A DNA stretch of 64,000 bases, taken from NCBI GenBank assembly GCA_963837775.1, contig CAWIOX010000007.1:57401-121400 (forward strand), written 5' to 3'. Positions within the stretch are counted from its first letter, which is position 1. Each line of letters starts with the position of its first letter. The DNA comes from an uncultured beta proteobacterium (GTDB lineage: Bacteria > Pseudomonadota > Gammaproteobacteria > Burkholderiales > Burkholderiaceae_D). Below, piece after piece: positions 1 to 10,349 of this stretch. The notes under the pieces are model-generated. The model worked only from the letters and a program-made list of their open reading frames with translations, was not told where the DNA came from and searched no databases. The position numbers were made by a program, and so were the translations under genes.

Positions 1-2
1 AG

Positions 3-1079
3 TCGCAAACTTCGCTGTCGCTGCTCAACACCGGGCAGTCGGTCATCATTGCGACTGCCGTGACGCTGATGCTGTGGCGCGCGACCCAGGGCGTGATCGC
101 CGGCCAGATGACGCTGGGCGACCTGGTGCTGGTCAATGCGTTCATGATCCAGTTGTACATCCCGCTGAATTTTCTGGGCGTACTGTATCGCGAGATCAAG
201 CAGTGTCTGGCCGACATGGAACGGCTGTTTTCCCTGCTGCAGCAAGACAAGGAAATCGCCGATGCGCCGCATGCGCAGCCGCTGGTCGTGAAGGGGGCCG
301 AGGTGCGTTTTTCGCATGTCGAATTCAGTTACGATCCGAAGCGGCAAATCCTGTTCGATGTCGATTTCACGATCCCGGCCGGCACCACGACCGCGGTGGT
401 CGGACATAGCGGCTCGGGCAAATCGACGCTGGCGCGCCTGCTGTTCCGCTTTTACGAAGTCAATGCGGGCCGCATCACGATCGATGGCCAGGATCTGCGC
501 GATATCACGCAGACCTCGCTGCGCCAGGCGATCGGCATCGTGCCGCAGGATACCGTGCTGTTCAATGAATCGATCGAGTACAACATCGCGTATGGCCAGC
601 CGGGCGCCAGCAAGGAGCAGATCGTCGCGGCGGCCAAGGCCGCCTATATCCACGACTTCATCGAGTCGCTGCCGGACGGTTATGCAACCACCGTCGGCGA
701 GCGCGGCCTGAAGCTGTCCGGCGGCGAGAAGCAGCGCGTCGCGATCGCCCGCACCCTGCTGAAAAATCCGGCCATCCTGATTTTCGACGAAGCCACTTCG
801 GCGCTCGATTCGAAGGCCGAGCAGGCGATCCAGCTGCAGTTGAAGGAGATCGCGCAGCACCGCAGCACGCTGGTGATCGCGCACCGTTTGTCGACCATTG
901 CCGACGCCGCGCAGATCCTGGTGCTGGATCACGGCCGCATCGTCGAACGCGGCTCGCATACCGCGTTGCTGGCGGCGCAGGGGCTGTATGCGCAGATGTG
1001 GGCGCGGCAGCAGGCGGGGCAGGATGCGGATCGCTTGTCGTCGCCGCTGGATGACAATCGTGCCGCGCTGGCTTCTTAG
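3..1079 (+). CDS. ABC transporter ATP-binding protein/permease, C-terminal part (ATM1/HMT1-like exporter); 5' end lies outside the window
   Basis: The frame is open from the window edge. It has a TMD tail LGDLVLVNAFMIQLYIPLNFLG, Walker A GHSGSGKST, ABC signature LSGGEKQR and Walker B ILIFDEATSALD. Confidence 0.9.
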   Translation, partial: SQTSLSLLNTGQSVIIATAVTLMLWRATQGVIAGQMTLGDLVLVNAFMIQLYIPLNFLGVLYREIKQCLADMERLFSLLQQDKEIADAPHAQPLVVKGAEVRFSHVEFSYDPKRQILFDVDFTIPAGTTTAVVGHSGSGKSTLARLLFRFYEVNAGRITIDGQDLRDITQTSLRQAIGIVPQDTVLFNESIEYNIAYGQPGASKEQIVAAAKAAYIHDFIESLPDGYATTVGERGLKLSGGEKQRVAIARTLLKNPAILIFDEATSALDSKAEQAIQLQLKEIAQHRSTLVIAHRLSTIADAAQILVLDHGRIVERGSHTALLAAQGLYAQMWARQQAGQDADRLSSPLDDNRAALAS

Positions 1080-1087
1080 GAACAATT

Positions 1088-2065
1088 ATGGAAACCAGAT
1101 GGCTGGAAGATTTCATTTCGCTGGCTGAGACGCGCAGTTTCAGCCGTTCGGCAGAGCTGCGCCATGTCACGCAGCCGGCTTTCTCGCGCCGCATCCAATC
1201 GCTGGAGGCATGGCTGGGCACCGATCTGATCGATCGCACTTCGTATCCGACCCGCCTGACCTCGGCCGGCGAGGTGTTTTACGAGCAGTCGGTCGAAGTG
1301 CTGGGGCAGATCGACAATGTGCGCGCGCTGATGCGCGGCAAGCGCCCGACCGGCCAGACCACGATCGACTTTGCGGTGCCGCATACGCTGTCGCTGACCT
1401 ATATGCCGAAGTGGATGACGACGCTGGAATCCGAATTCGGGCTGCTCAATACCCGGCTGATCGCGCTCAACGTGCATGATGCGGTGATGCGCCTGGTGGA
1501 AGGCGGCAGCGATTTGCTGATGTGCTACCACCATCCGCATCAACCGCTGCAACTCGACGCCAGCCGTTACGACATGATTTCGCTGGGACGCGAAGCGCTG
1601 CGCGCCTACACCCGCTGCGACCGGGACGGGGTGCCGAAGTTCCTGCTGCCCGGCGACAGCAAGTCGCCGCTGCCGTTCCTGTCGTACTCGCACAATGCCT
1701 ATTTCGGACGCATGGTCGAACTGATCCTGTCGAATGCGAAGCGGCCGCTGCATCTGGCAACCTGCTATGAAACCGATATGGCGGAAGGCCTGAAGATGAT
1801 GGCGCTGGAAGGGCGCGGCGTGGTGTTCCTGCCCGATTCCGCCGTCACGCGCGAGGTCAAGCAAAAGCGCCTGATGCGCGCCGACGATGGCAATGCGGAT
1901 TGGGAAGTCGAGATGGAAATCCGGCTGTACCGCGAGCGCCCTTCGGCCCAGCGTCCCGGCAAACCGGTGGTTTCCAGGCTGTGGGATTACCTTTTGCAGA
2001 GAAGTAAATCCGAGGGCGCAGTCAAGCTGCGCAAGCGCGGCGTCGCGAAGAAAACGGATAAATAA
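1088..2065 (+). CDS. LysR-family transcriptional regulator
   Basis: 325-aa ORF with an N-terminal wHTH (FSRSAELRHVTQPAFSRRIQSLEAWLG) followed by a LysR substrate-binding-type body. Confidence 0.88.
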   Translation: METRWLEDFISLAETRSFSRSAELRHVTQPAFSRRIQSLEAWLGTDLIDRTSYPTRLTSAGEVFYEQSVEVLGQIDNVRALMRGKRPTGQTTIDFAVPHTLSLTYMPKWMTTLESEFGLLNTRLIALNVHDAVMRLVEGGSDLLMCYHHPHQPLQLDASRYDMISLGREALRAYTRCDRDGVPKFLLPGDSKSPLPFLSYSHNAYFGRMVELILSNAKRPLHLATCYETDMAEGLKMMALEGRGVVFLPDSAVTREVKQKRLMRADDGNADWEVEMEIRLYRERPSAQRPGKPVVSRLWDYLLQRSKSEGAVKLRKRGVAKKTDK

Positions 2066-2426
2066 TTGGCGTCGACCATGCCGATGCCTGCGCCTCGCGC
2101 ATGGAAAAGTTTGAAGGGCGGGATGGCAGGGCCGGTGACTTTACTCGTGATATGCGCGCACGCAACTCCACCCGGTTCGACCAGATGAGGCAGCAGCCGC
2201 GTTCCTTTGCACATGAAGTGCAACGCGGAACGTCTCGCTCAGCCGCCTGTATAAACCCGATCTTGTCGTTTTGAAGCGAACGCGTGGTCAGTTCCCGATG
2301 TTCTTATTTAATGCGACACCCAATAGCCGGCCGAGGTCATGAGTTACGCGGCCGGAAGGGCGACCTGCGTATGTATGTTTCATACAAGCTGTCGGCAGGC
2401 GATCGCCGGAAATTCCTGGTTGGCCG

Positions 2427-3122
2427 TTAAAACGATTTCCTGACCATCATCAGCCGGATTCTTTCGATCGCGCGCGACGGCTCCAGACCCTTCGGGCAGA
2501 CTTCGGTGCAGTTCATGATTGTGCGACAACGGAACAGCCGATACGCATCATTCAAATCATCGAGCCTCTCTTCAGTCGCCTTATCACGGCTGTCGACAAT
2601 AAAACGGCAGGCCTGTAGCAGGCCTGCCGGCCCGACGAATTTGTCCGGGTTCCACCAGAATGACGGGCATTGGCTGGAGCAGCAGGCGCACAGAATGCAT
2701 TCATACAAGCCGTCAAGTTCGTCGCGTTCTTCCGGCGATTGCAGGCGTTCCTTTTCGGGCGGCTTATCGTCGTTGATCAGAAACGGCTTGATCGAGTAAT
2801 ACTGCTTATAGAATTGCGTCATGTCGACCACCAGATCCCGAATAACCGGAAAACTCGGCAACGGACGCAGTATGATCGGTTCCTTCAAACTCCTGACGGG
2901 CGTCACGCACGCGAGGCCATTGCGGCCATTGATGTTGATCGCGTCGGAGCCGCACACGCCTTCGCGACAGGACTTCCTGATGGTCAGAGAATCGTCTTCC
3001 ATCTTGATGCGCAAAATTGCATCCAGCAGCATATGGTCGGTCGGTTCCAGCGCGATGTCATAACTTTGCATACGCGGCCTGGCATCGGCGTCTGGATCGA
3101 AGCGGTAGATTGAGAATTTCAT
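2427..3122 (-). CDS. sdhB: succinate dehydrogenase iron-sulfur subunit
   Basis: 231 aa with Cys clusters CREGVCGSDAININ, CILCACCSSQCP and CRTIMNCTEVCP. It is collinear with E. coli SdhB. Confidence 0.92.
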   Translation of the reverse strand: MKFSIYRFDPDADARPRMQSYDIALEPTDHMLLDAILRIKMEDDSLTIRKSCREGVCGSDAININGRNGLACVTPVRSLKEPIILRPLPSFPVIRDLVVDMTQFYKQYYSIKPFLINDDKPPEKERLQSPEERDELDGLYECILCACCSSQCPSFWWNPDKFVGPAGLLQACRFIVDSRDKATEERLDDLNDAYRLFRCRTIMNCTEVCPKGLEPSRAIERIRLMMVRKSF

Positions 3123-3131
3123 GCATGGTCC

Positions 3132-3704
3132 CTATTTGCTGGCTTGACTCAAGGTATTTTCTGCTTCAGGCGGATAGATGATTTTCAGGCCATCTACCTG
3201 CGCCCAGCGCGTAAGTGCATGCAACTTGCGCTCTTTCGCGCCAATGATGTCTTCAACCCGTAGGCCGCGCACGGTAAGCGCGTCGGCGATCAGCGAACGA
3301 TGGCAGCGCCAAGGCACCGCTTCGGCACACATCAATGCGCAGCGTTCGTGCGCAGCCAGTGTTGCGACCTGTTCGACATTGGCGGCAAACTCAGGCGTCT
3401 GCATATAGTCAGCGTATCCCCGGAAAGAGGCGTTGCGCCAACCGCCATTGAGCGAGTCCGGGCGCGAATGACGCAAGCCGCCGAGGCCAGGCACATGCGT
3501 GTAATTGATTCCGACCGCCAGCAACGAGGCCGGCAGCGAATCAAGGCTGAACTGCGGATTATGGCGCGAGCGCGGGATGGTGCGCACATCCAGAACATGG
3601 ATGACATTGTTGGCCTTCAACAGGCCGATGAAGGTGTCCAGTCGGAGCGTGGAATGCCCGATGGTGCAGATAATCGGTTCTGCTGTCACATGTTCTGGCG
3701 TCAT
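3132..3704 (-). CDS. DUF488-family protein, sitting where sdhA is normally found
   Basis: 190 aa. The pattern IGHSTLRLDTFIGLLKANNVIHVLDVRTIPRSR...CAEAVPWRCHRSLIAD is typical of DUF488 (YeaO-like) proteins. Only 9 nt separate it from the sdhB start. Confidence 0.7.
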   Translation of the reverse strand: MTPEHVTAEPIICTIGHSTLRLDTFIGLLKANNVIHVLDVRTIPRSRHNPQFSLDSLPASLLAVGINYTHVPGLGGLRHSRPDSLNGGWRNASFRGYADYMQTPEFAANVEQVATLAAHERCALMCAEAVPWRCHRSLIADALTVRGLRVEDIIGAKERKLHALTRWAQVDGLKIIYPPEAENTLSQASK

Positions 3705-3782
3705 TTCGTGTCCGGGCGATCCGCAGGTGTTGGGGCAAAGACTAATCTGGCCAGAGTATGAAATTCATGCTGGACGTGCGTT

Positions 3783-4121
3783 TCAGCGCGGCGCCAACAA
3801 CAGGATTTTCATAATCCACAATGCAAGACCGGCCACAACGAAGCTCAGCAACGCGAGCGCGGAAACACGCAAGGCAAGCGGACGAACATAGTCCATCATC
3901 ACATCGCGCAGGCCGATCCAGGCATGCAATAACAACGCGCCAAAGAAAAGCGTGGTCGCGATCAGAACCAATGGCGCAGTGATCCAGTCGCGCCAGTCGA
4001 AATAGGAATGCGGCGGATCGAAAATGAAATGGAGCAGCACGAACACGCAGAACAACAGCATGTAGACCGCGGTGAAACGCTGCACTATCCACGCACGCAA
4101 TCCGGAAACCGCCTTTTTCAA
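3783..4121 (-). CDS. sdhD: succinate dehydrogenase hydrophobic membrane anchor subunit
   Basis: 112 aa, 3 TM segments, and an HAWIGLRDVMMDYV motif matching SdhD HAWIGMWQVLTDYV. It overlaps the sdhC stop by 4 nt. Confidence 0.82.
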   Translation of the reverse strand: MKKAVSGLRAWIVQRFTAVYMLLFCVFVLLHFIFDPPHSYFDWRDWITAPLVLIATTLFFGALLLHAWIGLRDVMMDYVRPLALRVSALALLSFVVAGLALWIMKILLLAPR

Positions 4122-4492
4122 AATAATGCCCCCACGCTCAGTAGCGCGATGGCCGCTGCACTGCAGTTGACGATCCAGGCGCTGGTGCGGGCCGCGTGCA
4201 AATGCGAGCCAACATCGATGTCACTCAGCAGATGGCGTAGTCCAGCCAGCAAATGATGCGTCAACGCCCAGATAAACAGGATCGCAAGGCATTTGAACGC
4301 CAGCTGATCGAACATGCCGACAACCTGTGCATAGCCATACTGGCCCTGCAACGACAGTTCAAGCAGATACAGGTTGAATGGAATGCCGAGCGCCAAAATG
4401 ATGCCCGTAATCCGGTGGGCGATTGACGTGAGCGAGCCGACCGGCATCTGGATTTCAGTCAGGTTGAAAAATACCGGTCGACGATCTTTCAT
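4118..4492 (-). CDS. sdhC: succinate dehydrogenase cytochrome b556 subunit
   Basis: 124 aa. SIAHRITGI and HHLLAGLRHLLSD match the SdhC haem-ligand regions. Confidence 0.82.
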   Translation of the reverse strand: MKDRRPVFFNLTEIQMPVGSLTSIAHRITGIILALGIPFNLYLLELSLQGQYGYAQVVGMFDQLAFKCLAILFIWALTHHLLAGLRHLLSDIDVGSHLHAARTSAWIVNCSAAAIALLSVGALF

Positions 4493-5002
4493 TTTTTTCC
4501 AAAAGTCGCAGCAGGGTTATTGTGAAGGTATTTTTTTTGGGTCATGCAGGTACTGCGGCAATTAAACATCTCAACGATGCGCCTCGGATGATTTTTTTCG
4601 CAAGTAATTTCAATATAGGATTGAAGCGCCGGAATTACCAGCGGTACGACGTGCGACAAGATGCCTGCCATGCTGCCAGCCAGTGCCTGCAAAAATTTTC
4701 AACAGGAATAAGGATGAAAAGGCTGCACAGCACCCCTTTCGCTGCTGGCTTCCAGAGCGCAAGCGAGGTTGACCGGCAAAATTTACCTACCCGTTTTTTC
4801 GTGTTTTTCGGCGGGGAGCATATTTTGTTTCATTCCGCATCAAAAAATAGTGTGTTTTCATAACTATGCTTTAAATGCATAGTTTCATGCGCGTAAAGCA
4901 TTGGCTTTGGCGTGCTGCGTTGCCTTACGATTTGGGCCTTGCCGTGCCACAGAAAACGTGTCGTAGTGGCGGCGGCTTCGATATCTAAGGAGCGTTCACA
5001 GC

Positions 5003-6290
5003 ATGTCCAGTCAACACACAATCCCGTCCTACCTCAACCACGACGACCTCGGCCCATGGGGCGTCTATCTTGAGCAAATCGATCGCGTCACGCCTTATCT
5101 CGGCTCGCTGGCGCGCTGGGTCGAGACGCTCAAGCGTCCGAAGCGCATCCTGGTGGTCGATGTCCCGATCGAGCGCGATGACGGCACGATTGCCCACTTC
5201 GAAGGCTATCGGGTGCAGCACAATATGTCGCGCGGTCCGGGCAAGGGCGGCGTGCGTTTCCATCAGGATGTGACGCTGTCGGAAGTGATGGCGCTGTCGG
5301 CCTGGATGACGGTCAAGAATGCCGCAGTCAATGTGCCATACGGCGGTGCCAAGGGCGGCATCCGCCTCGATCCGAAGACGCTCTCGAAAGGCGAATTGCA
5401 GCGCGTCACGCGCCGTTACACCAGCGAAATCGGCATCATCATCGGGCCTAACAAGGATATCCCGGCGCCGGACGTCAACACCAATGAGCAGACCATGGCG
5501 TGGATGATGGATACCTTCTCGATGAACGTCGGCGGCACCGCCACCGGCGTCGTCACCGGCAAGCCGATTTCCCTCGGCGGCAGCCTGGGTCGGCACGAAG
5601 CGACCGGCCGCGGCGTGTATGTGGTGGGTTGCGAAGCGGCCGCCAAGCGCGGCATGGACATCAAGGGTGCGCGGATCGCGGTCCAGGGTTTCGGTAACGT
5701 CGGCGGTATCGCCGCACGCCTGTTTGCCGAAGCCGGCGCCAAAGTGGTGGCGGTGCAGGATCATGTGACCACCGTGTATGCCGAAGGCGGGCTGGATGTG
5801 CCGGCCTTGCTGGCGCATGTGGCAGCAACAGGGCAGCGTCGACGGCTTTGCCGGCGCCGATGCCTTGCTGCCGAACGCGGAGTTCTGGAGCGTCAATTGC
5901 GACATCTTGATCCCTGCCGCGCTGGAGCAGCAAATCACCAAGGACAATGCCAACCAGATCCGCGCCAAGATCATCCTGGAAGGTGCGAACGGCCCGACCA
6001 CGCCGGAAGCGGATGACATCCTGCGCGAAAAAGGCGTGCTGATCATCCCCGACGTGATTGCCAATGCCGGCGGCGTGACGGTCAGCTATTTTGAATGGGT
6101 GCAGGATTTCTCCAGCTTCTTCTGGACCGAAGAAGAGATCAATCAGCGCCTGACCCGCATCATGCGCGAAGCGTTTGCCAGCGTCTGGCAAGTCGCGGAA
6201 GACAAAAATGTCTCGATCCGTACCGCGGCCTTCATCATTGCCTGCACCCGCGTGCTGCAAGCGCGTGAAGTGCGTGGTCTGTACCCTTGA
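5003..6290 (+). pseudogene. Glu/Leu/Phe/Val (glutamate) dehydrogenase, one frameshift near 5820-5835
   Basis: ORFs 5003..6016 and 5778..6290 join into one GDH ([34 protein letters not shown]). The frame changes at ...LLAHVA|[11 protein letters not shown]... Confidence 0.88.
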
Positions 6291-6703
6291 TGTGAAGAAG
6301 CAGTACCCGCTTCCACTGCAGTGCAGGGAAAGCGGGCTACACAGTTCGCCAGCGCGGCAGCCAACGGCTGCCGCGCGCGAATAGACAGCATTTGCCAAAT
6401 ATTATTTGGTTTTCACGCGCAATTCGAAATTTGCATTTGCCCTAATTCAAGCTATCTTTTGTATCATGGGAAACATACGGGTCCATGTACAGTACTGAGA
6501 TGTGGCATCTTTTGTGGCATCGTCATATTTGCTCATGTTGCATTTAGGCGCATAATCTCAGCAGCGGCAGCAAGCCGGACCATAAGACGCATAGACGTTA
6601 ATAGCAGGTGTTTAAGGTCTGTTCGGATGTGCATTGTCTGCGGCAATGGCTATCCGAACAGACCTTGGTACATCACCGATGCACTTGAACAGGAGTCAAC
6701 ACA

Positions 6704-7664
6704 ATGCAATTCCATCACATTTCGAAACTGGCAAGCGCACTAGTCGCTGCAGGTCTGCTGTCCGGTGCCGCGCAAGCACAAGAACTGACCGGCACGCTGA
6801 AAAAAATCAAGGATTCCGGCCAGATCACTCTGGGCGTGCGCGATTCCTCGATTCCGTTTTCGTATCTGGACGATAAGCAGTCGTATCAGGGCTATTCGAT
6901 CGACCTGTGCATGAAAGTCGTCACTGCGGTGCAAAAGCAGCTTGGCCTGACCGCGCTGAATGTGAAAATGAATCCGGTGACATCGGCCACCCGTATCCCG
7001 TTGATGGCCAACGGCACGATCGATCTGGAGTGCGGTTCCACCACCAACAATGTCGAGCGTCAGAAGCAGGTCGCTTTCGCGCCGACCACCTTCGTTTCGG
7101 CTGTCGCGCATCCTGGCCAAAAAATCGTCGAATATCCAGTCGATGGCCGACATGAAGGGCAAGGCAATCGTCTCGACTTCCGGCACCTCCAGCCTGAAGC
7201 AGACCGTGACGCTGAACGGCAGCCAGAATCTCGGCATGAACGTGATGCCCGCGAAAGACCATGCGGAAGCTTTCCTGATGGTGGAGACCGGTCGCGCGGT
7301 CGGTTTCGTGATGGATGACATCCTGCTGTTCTCACTGGCAGCCAGCTCCAAAACGCCGGGCGATTACAGCGTCACCAAGGAAGCGTTGTCGGTCGAGCCG
7401 TACGGGATCATGTTGCGTCGCGAAGATCCTGCTTTCAAGAAGGCAGTCGATACCGCGATCACCAATGTATTCAAGTCGGGTGACATCAACAAGATCTATG
7501 CGAAATGGTTCCAGTCACCGATCCCGCCGAAGAGCATCAATCTCAATATCCCGATGAGCGATAACCTGAAGGCAGTGATTGCCAAGCCGACCGATTCCGG
7601 CGAGCCGGAGGCTTACGCTGCGGTGCCGGAAGCGCAAAAATCTGTGATGAAAAAGAAAAAATAA
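6704..7664 (+). pseudogene. gltI: glutamate/aspartate ABC transporter substrate-binding protein, one frameshift near 7095-7110
   Basis: ORFs 6704..7318 and 7050..7664 together are collinear with E. coli GltI (signal peptide, GVRDSSIPFSY, ECGSTTNNVERQKQ, SGTSS, WFQSPIPPK). Confidence 0.88.
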
Positions 7665-7682
7665 GCCGCTAACAAACCGATG

Positions 7683-7712
7683 AAACGGGAGGCGATGCCT
7701 CCCGTTTTTTTT
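7683..7712 (+). terminator. rho-independent terminator after gltI
   Basis: Hairpin AAACGGGAGGC-gat-GCCTCCCGTTT followed by a T-run. Confidence 0.75.
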
Positions 7713-7857
7713 CAGCAGTCTGAGTGCTGCGTCGCACAAACTGGGAAAATCAGCACTTCACTTTCTTGACATCCCGCTCTCATCGCGCATTCTGATGAGT
7801 AGGAACAGGCGATGGCAATGCGCCCCGCAATACATAAATTATAAAAAAGAGGACACC

Positions 7858-8610
7858 ATGAATTACAACTGGAACTGGCGCATTTTCTGGGAAGACTCGC
7901 CGGCTGGCGCGGGCACCTATATGGATACCCTGCTAGCCGGCCTGCAATGGACGCTGGCCACCGCGCTGTCGGCCTGGGTGATCGCGCTGGTCATCGGTGC
8001 GGTGATCGGCACCGTGCGCACCATGCCCAACAAATGGGTCGCGCGGGCCGGCAATGCCTACGTCGAACTGTTCCGCAACATCCCGCTGCTGGTGCAAATG
8101 TTCCTGTGGTATTTCGTGATGCCGGAACTGGTGCCTGCAGAAATGGGCCACTGGCTCAAGACGCTGCCGAACGCGCCGTTCGTGACCGCCGTGATCAGCC
8201 TCGGATTCTTCACTTCGGCGCGGGTCGCGGTGCAGGTGTCGACCGGCATCAATGCCTTGCCGCGCGGCCAGAAACTGGCCGGCACCGCGCTCGGCCTGAC
8301 GCTGCCGCAAACCTACCGTTACGTGCTGCTGCCGATGGCGTTTCGCATCATCATTCCGTCGCTGACCAACGAATTTGCCGCCATCATCAAGAACAGCTCG
8401 GTCGCGCTGACCATCGGCCTGATGGAACTGACCGCAAGCGCGCGTTCGATGCAGGAATTCTCGTTCCAGGTGTTCGAGGCATTCACCGCCGCCACGCTGA
8501 TCTATCTGGCAATCTCGGTGATCGCGATCATGCTGGCGCATCTGCTTGAAAAGAAAACCGCGGTACCCGGCTTCATCACCTCCGGCACTGCCAATACAGG
8601 GGGGCACTGA
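7858..8610 (+). CDS. gltJ: glutamate/aspartate ABC transporter permease
   Basis: Starts MNYNWNWRIFWED (E. coli GltJ: MSIDWNWGIFLQ) with an AAGAGGA RBS 6 nt upstream. The EAA-loop region LPRGQKLAGTALGL is present. Confidence 0.88.
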   Translation: MNYNWNWRIFWEDSPAGAGTYMDTLLAGLQWTLATALSAWVIALVIGAVIGTVRTMPNKWVARAGNAYVELFRNIPLLVQMFLWYFVMPELVPAEMGHWLKTLPNAPFVTAVISLGFFTSARVAVQVSTGINALPRGQKLAGTALGLTLPQTYRYVLLPMAFRIIIPSLTNEFAAIIKNSSVALTIGLMELTASARSMQEFSFQVFEAFTAATLIYLAISVIAIMLAHLLEKKTAVPGFITSGTANTGGH

Positions 8611-8615
8611 GCATC

Positions 8616-9305
8616 ATGGGCGATTTCGATTTCAATGTGATCCAGCGCTCCTGGGTCTACCTGTTCACGACAGGGATGAGCTTCACGCTGAAGCTGACTT
8701 TCCTGGCGATGCTGGGCGGCATGCTGATCGGCACTGTGCTGGCGATGATGCGCCTGTCGTCCCACAAGGCGATCTCTGTGTTCGCCACCACTTATGTGAA
8801 CCTGATGCGCTCCATTCCGCTGGTGATGGTGATCTTCTGGTTCTATTTCCTGGTGCCGTACATGGCGGCCTGGGCGATCGGCGCCAACGAACCGGTGCAG
8901 GTCGGTGCGTTTACCTCATCGCTGATCACCTTCATCATGTTCGAGGCGGCCTATTATTGTGAAATCATGCGCTCCGGCATCCAGTCGATTCCGCGCGGGC
9001 AGGTCTTTGCCGGCCAGGCGCTGGGCATGAATTACTGGCAGAGCATGGGCCACATCATTTTGCCGCAGGCGTTCCGCAACATGATCCCGATCCTGCTGAC
9101 CCAGACCATCGTGCTGTTCCAGGACGTGTCGCTGGTGTACGTGCTGTCGATCACCGATTTTGTCGGCGCCGCCTCCAAGGTCGCGCAGCGTGACGGCCGC
9201 CTGGTCGAAATGTACTCCTTCGTCGCAGTCGTGTATTTCGTGATGTGCTACGGGCTGTCGATGCTGGTCAAACAGCTGCAGAAAAAAGTCGCGATCATTC
9301 GTTAA
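8616..9305 (+). CDS. gltK: glutamate/aspartate ABC transporter permease
   Basis: 229-aa polytopic ORF with IPRGQVFAGQALGMNYWQ, in the expected gltIJKL order. Confidence 0.88.
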   Translation: MGDFDFNVIQRSWVYLFTTGMSFTLKLTFLAMLGGMLIGTVLAMMRLSSHKAISVFATTYVNLMRSIPLVMVIFWFYFLVPYMAAWAIGANEPVQVGAFTSSLITFIMFEAAYYCEIMRSGIQSIPRGQVFAGQALGMNYWQSMGHIILPQAFRNMIPILLTQTIVLFQDVSLVYVLSITDFVGAASKVAQRDGRLVEMYSFVAVVYFVMCYGLSMLVKQLQKKVAIIR

Positions 9306-9383
9306 GAAAAAATCGCGCACAGCTGCCGGCATCACCGGGTGTGCGCGACACAAAAAATTCAGTCGGAATTCAGGAGAGCAGCA

Positions 9384-10109
9384 ATGATAGAACTCAACAA
9401 CGTCAGCAAATGGTATGGCCAGTTCCAGGTCTTGACCGACTGCACGACCCGGGTCGCCAAGGGCGATGTGGTGGTCGTGTGCGGCCCGTCCGGTTCCGGC
9501 AAGTCGACCCTGATCAAGACCGTCAACGGCCTGGAGCCGTTCCAGAAAGGCTCCATCACCGTCGATGGCGTGTCGGTCGGCGATCCGAAGACCAATCTGT
9601 CGAAACTGCGCGCCCGCATCGGCATGGTGTTCCAGAACTTCGAGCTGTTCCCGCATCTGTCGATTACCGAGAACCTGACCATCGGCCAGATCAAGGTGCT
9701 GGGGCGCAGCGTCGATGAAGCGCGCACCCGCGGCCTGAAATATCTGGACCGGGTCGGCCTGATCGCGCAGAAGGACAAATTCCCCGGCCAGCTGTCCGGC
9801 GGCCAGCAGCAGCGCGTCGCGATTGCGCGCGCGCTGTCGATGGACCCGATGGCGATGCTGTTCGACGAGCCGACCTCGGCGCTCGATCCCGAGATGATCA
9901 ACGAGGTGCTCGACGTGATGGTCGGCCTGGCGCACGAAGGCATGACCATGATGGTGGTCACCCACGAGATGGGTTTCGCCAAGAAAGTCGCGAACCGCGT
10001 GATCTTCATGGATCAGGGCCGCATCATCGAAGATTGCAGCAAGGACGAGTTCTTCAACACCCAGCGTTCCGCGCGTGCGGCAGACTTCCTGGCGAAAATC
10101 ATTCACTGA
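9384..10109 (+). CDS. gltL: glutamate/aspartate ABC transporter ATP-binding protein
   Basis: MIELNNVSKWYG start with an AGGAGA RBS. Walker A GPSGSGKST, LSGGQQQR, and Walker B MLFDEPTSALD. Confidence 0.9.
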   Translation: MIELNNVSKWYGQFQVLTDCTTRVAKGDVVVVCGPSGSGKSTLIKTVNGLEPFQKGSITVDGVSVGDPKTNLSKLRARIGMVFQNFELFPHLSITENLTIGQIKVLGRSVDEARTRGLKYLDRVGLIAQKDKFPGQLSGGQQQRVAIARALSMDPMAMLFDEPTSALDPEMINEVLDVMVGLAHEGMTMMVVTHEMGFAKKVANRVIFMDQGRIIEDCSKDEFFNTQRSARAADFLAKIIH

Positions 10110-10170
10110 TCAGGTCCGACCAAAATCACCAAAGGCCGGCCGCATTCTGTGCCCGGCTTTTGGTTTTTAT

Positions 10171-10234
10171 GGGGGTATAGGCAAAAACAATGCCGTTCCC
10201 GCACATGATCTCTGGGTTAATAAAAATACCCCTA
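10171..10234 (+). repeat. GGGGGTAT-family intergenic repeat, copy 1 (MITE/REP-like)
   Basis: GGGGGTATAGGCAAAAACAATGCCGTTCCCGCACATGAT...TAAAAATACCCCTA. It has terminal inverted GGGGTAT/ATACCCC and aligns with the copies at 37370, 42384(rc), 52164(rc) and 62474. Confidence 0.75.
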
Positions 10235-10349
10235 TGAGTATGCTGAAGCGCCGCGGCCCGCATCCTGGCGGGTCAGAGCGGAATCGCAGCCGGATTTTCG
10301 AAACACGGGCAGGCGGGTAAAATGGCGCTATTCGACTGAAAGAGCCATC

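Noticed and set aside
3132-3704. The DUF488 protein acting as a functional replacement for the SdhA flavoprotein.
   Set aside because: It is 190 aa with no dinucleotide-binding (GxGxxG) or FAD-attachment motif, so it cannot substitute catalytically for a ~590-aa flavoprotein. Only the unusual gene order is reported.
6490-6535. Two TGGCAT motifs upstream of gltI, considered as a sigma-54 (-24/-12) promoter.
   Set aside because: The GG-to-GC spacing does not fit the TGGCAC-N5-TTGC consensus in either case.
6321-6743. The 140-aa ORF in the gdh-gltI intergenic region.
   Set aside because: It lies in AT-rich promoter-like sequence, is Cys/Ile/Phe-rich with no motifs, and overlaps the gltI start. 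It is likely non-coding.
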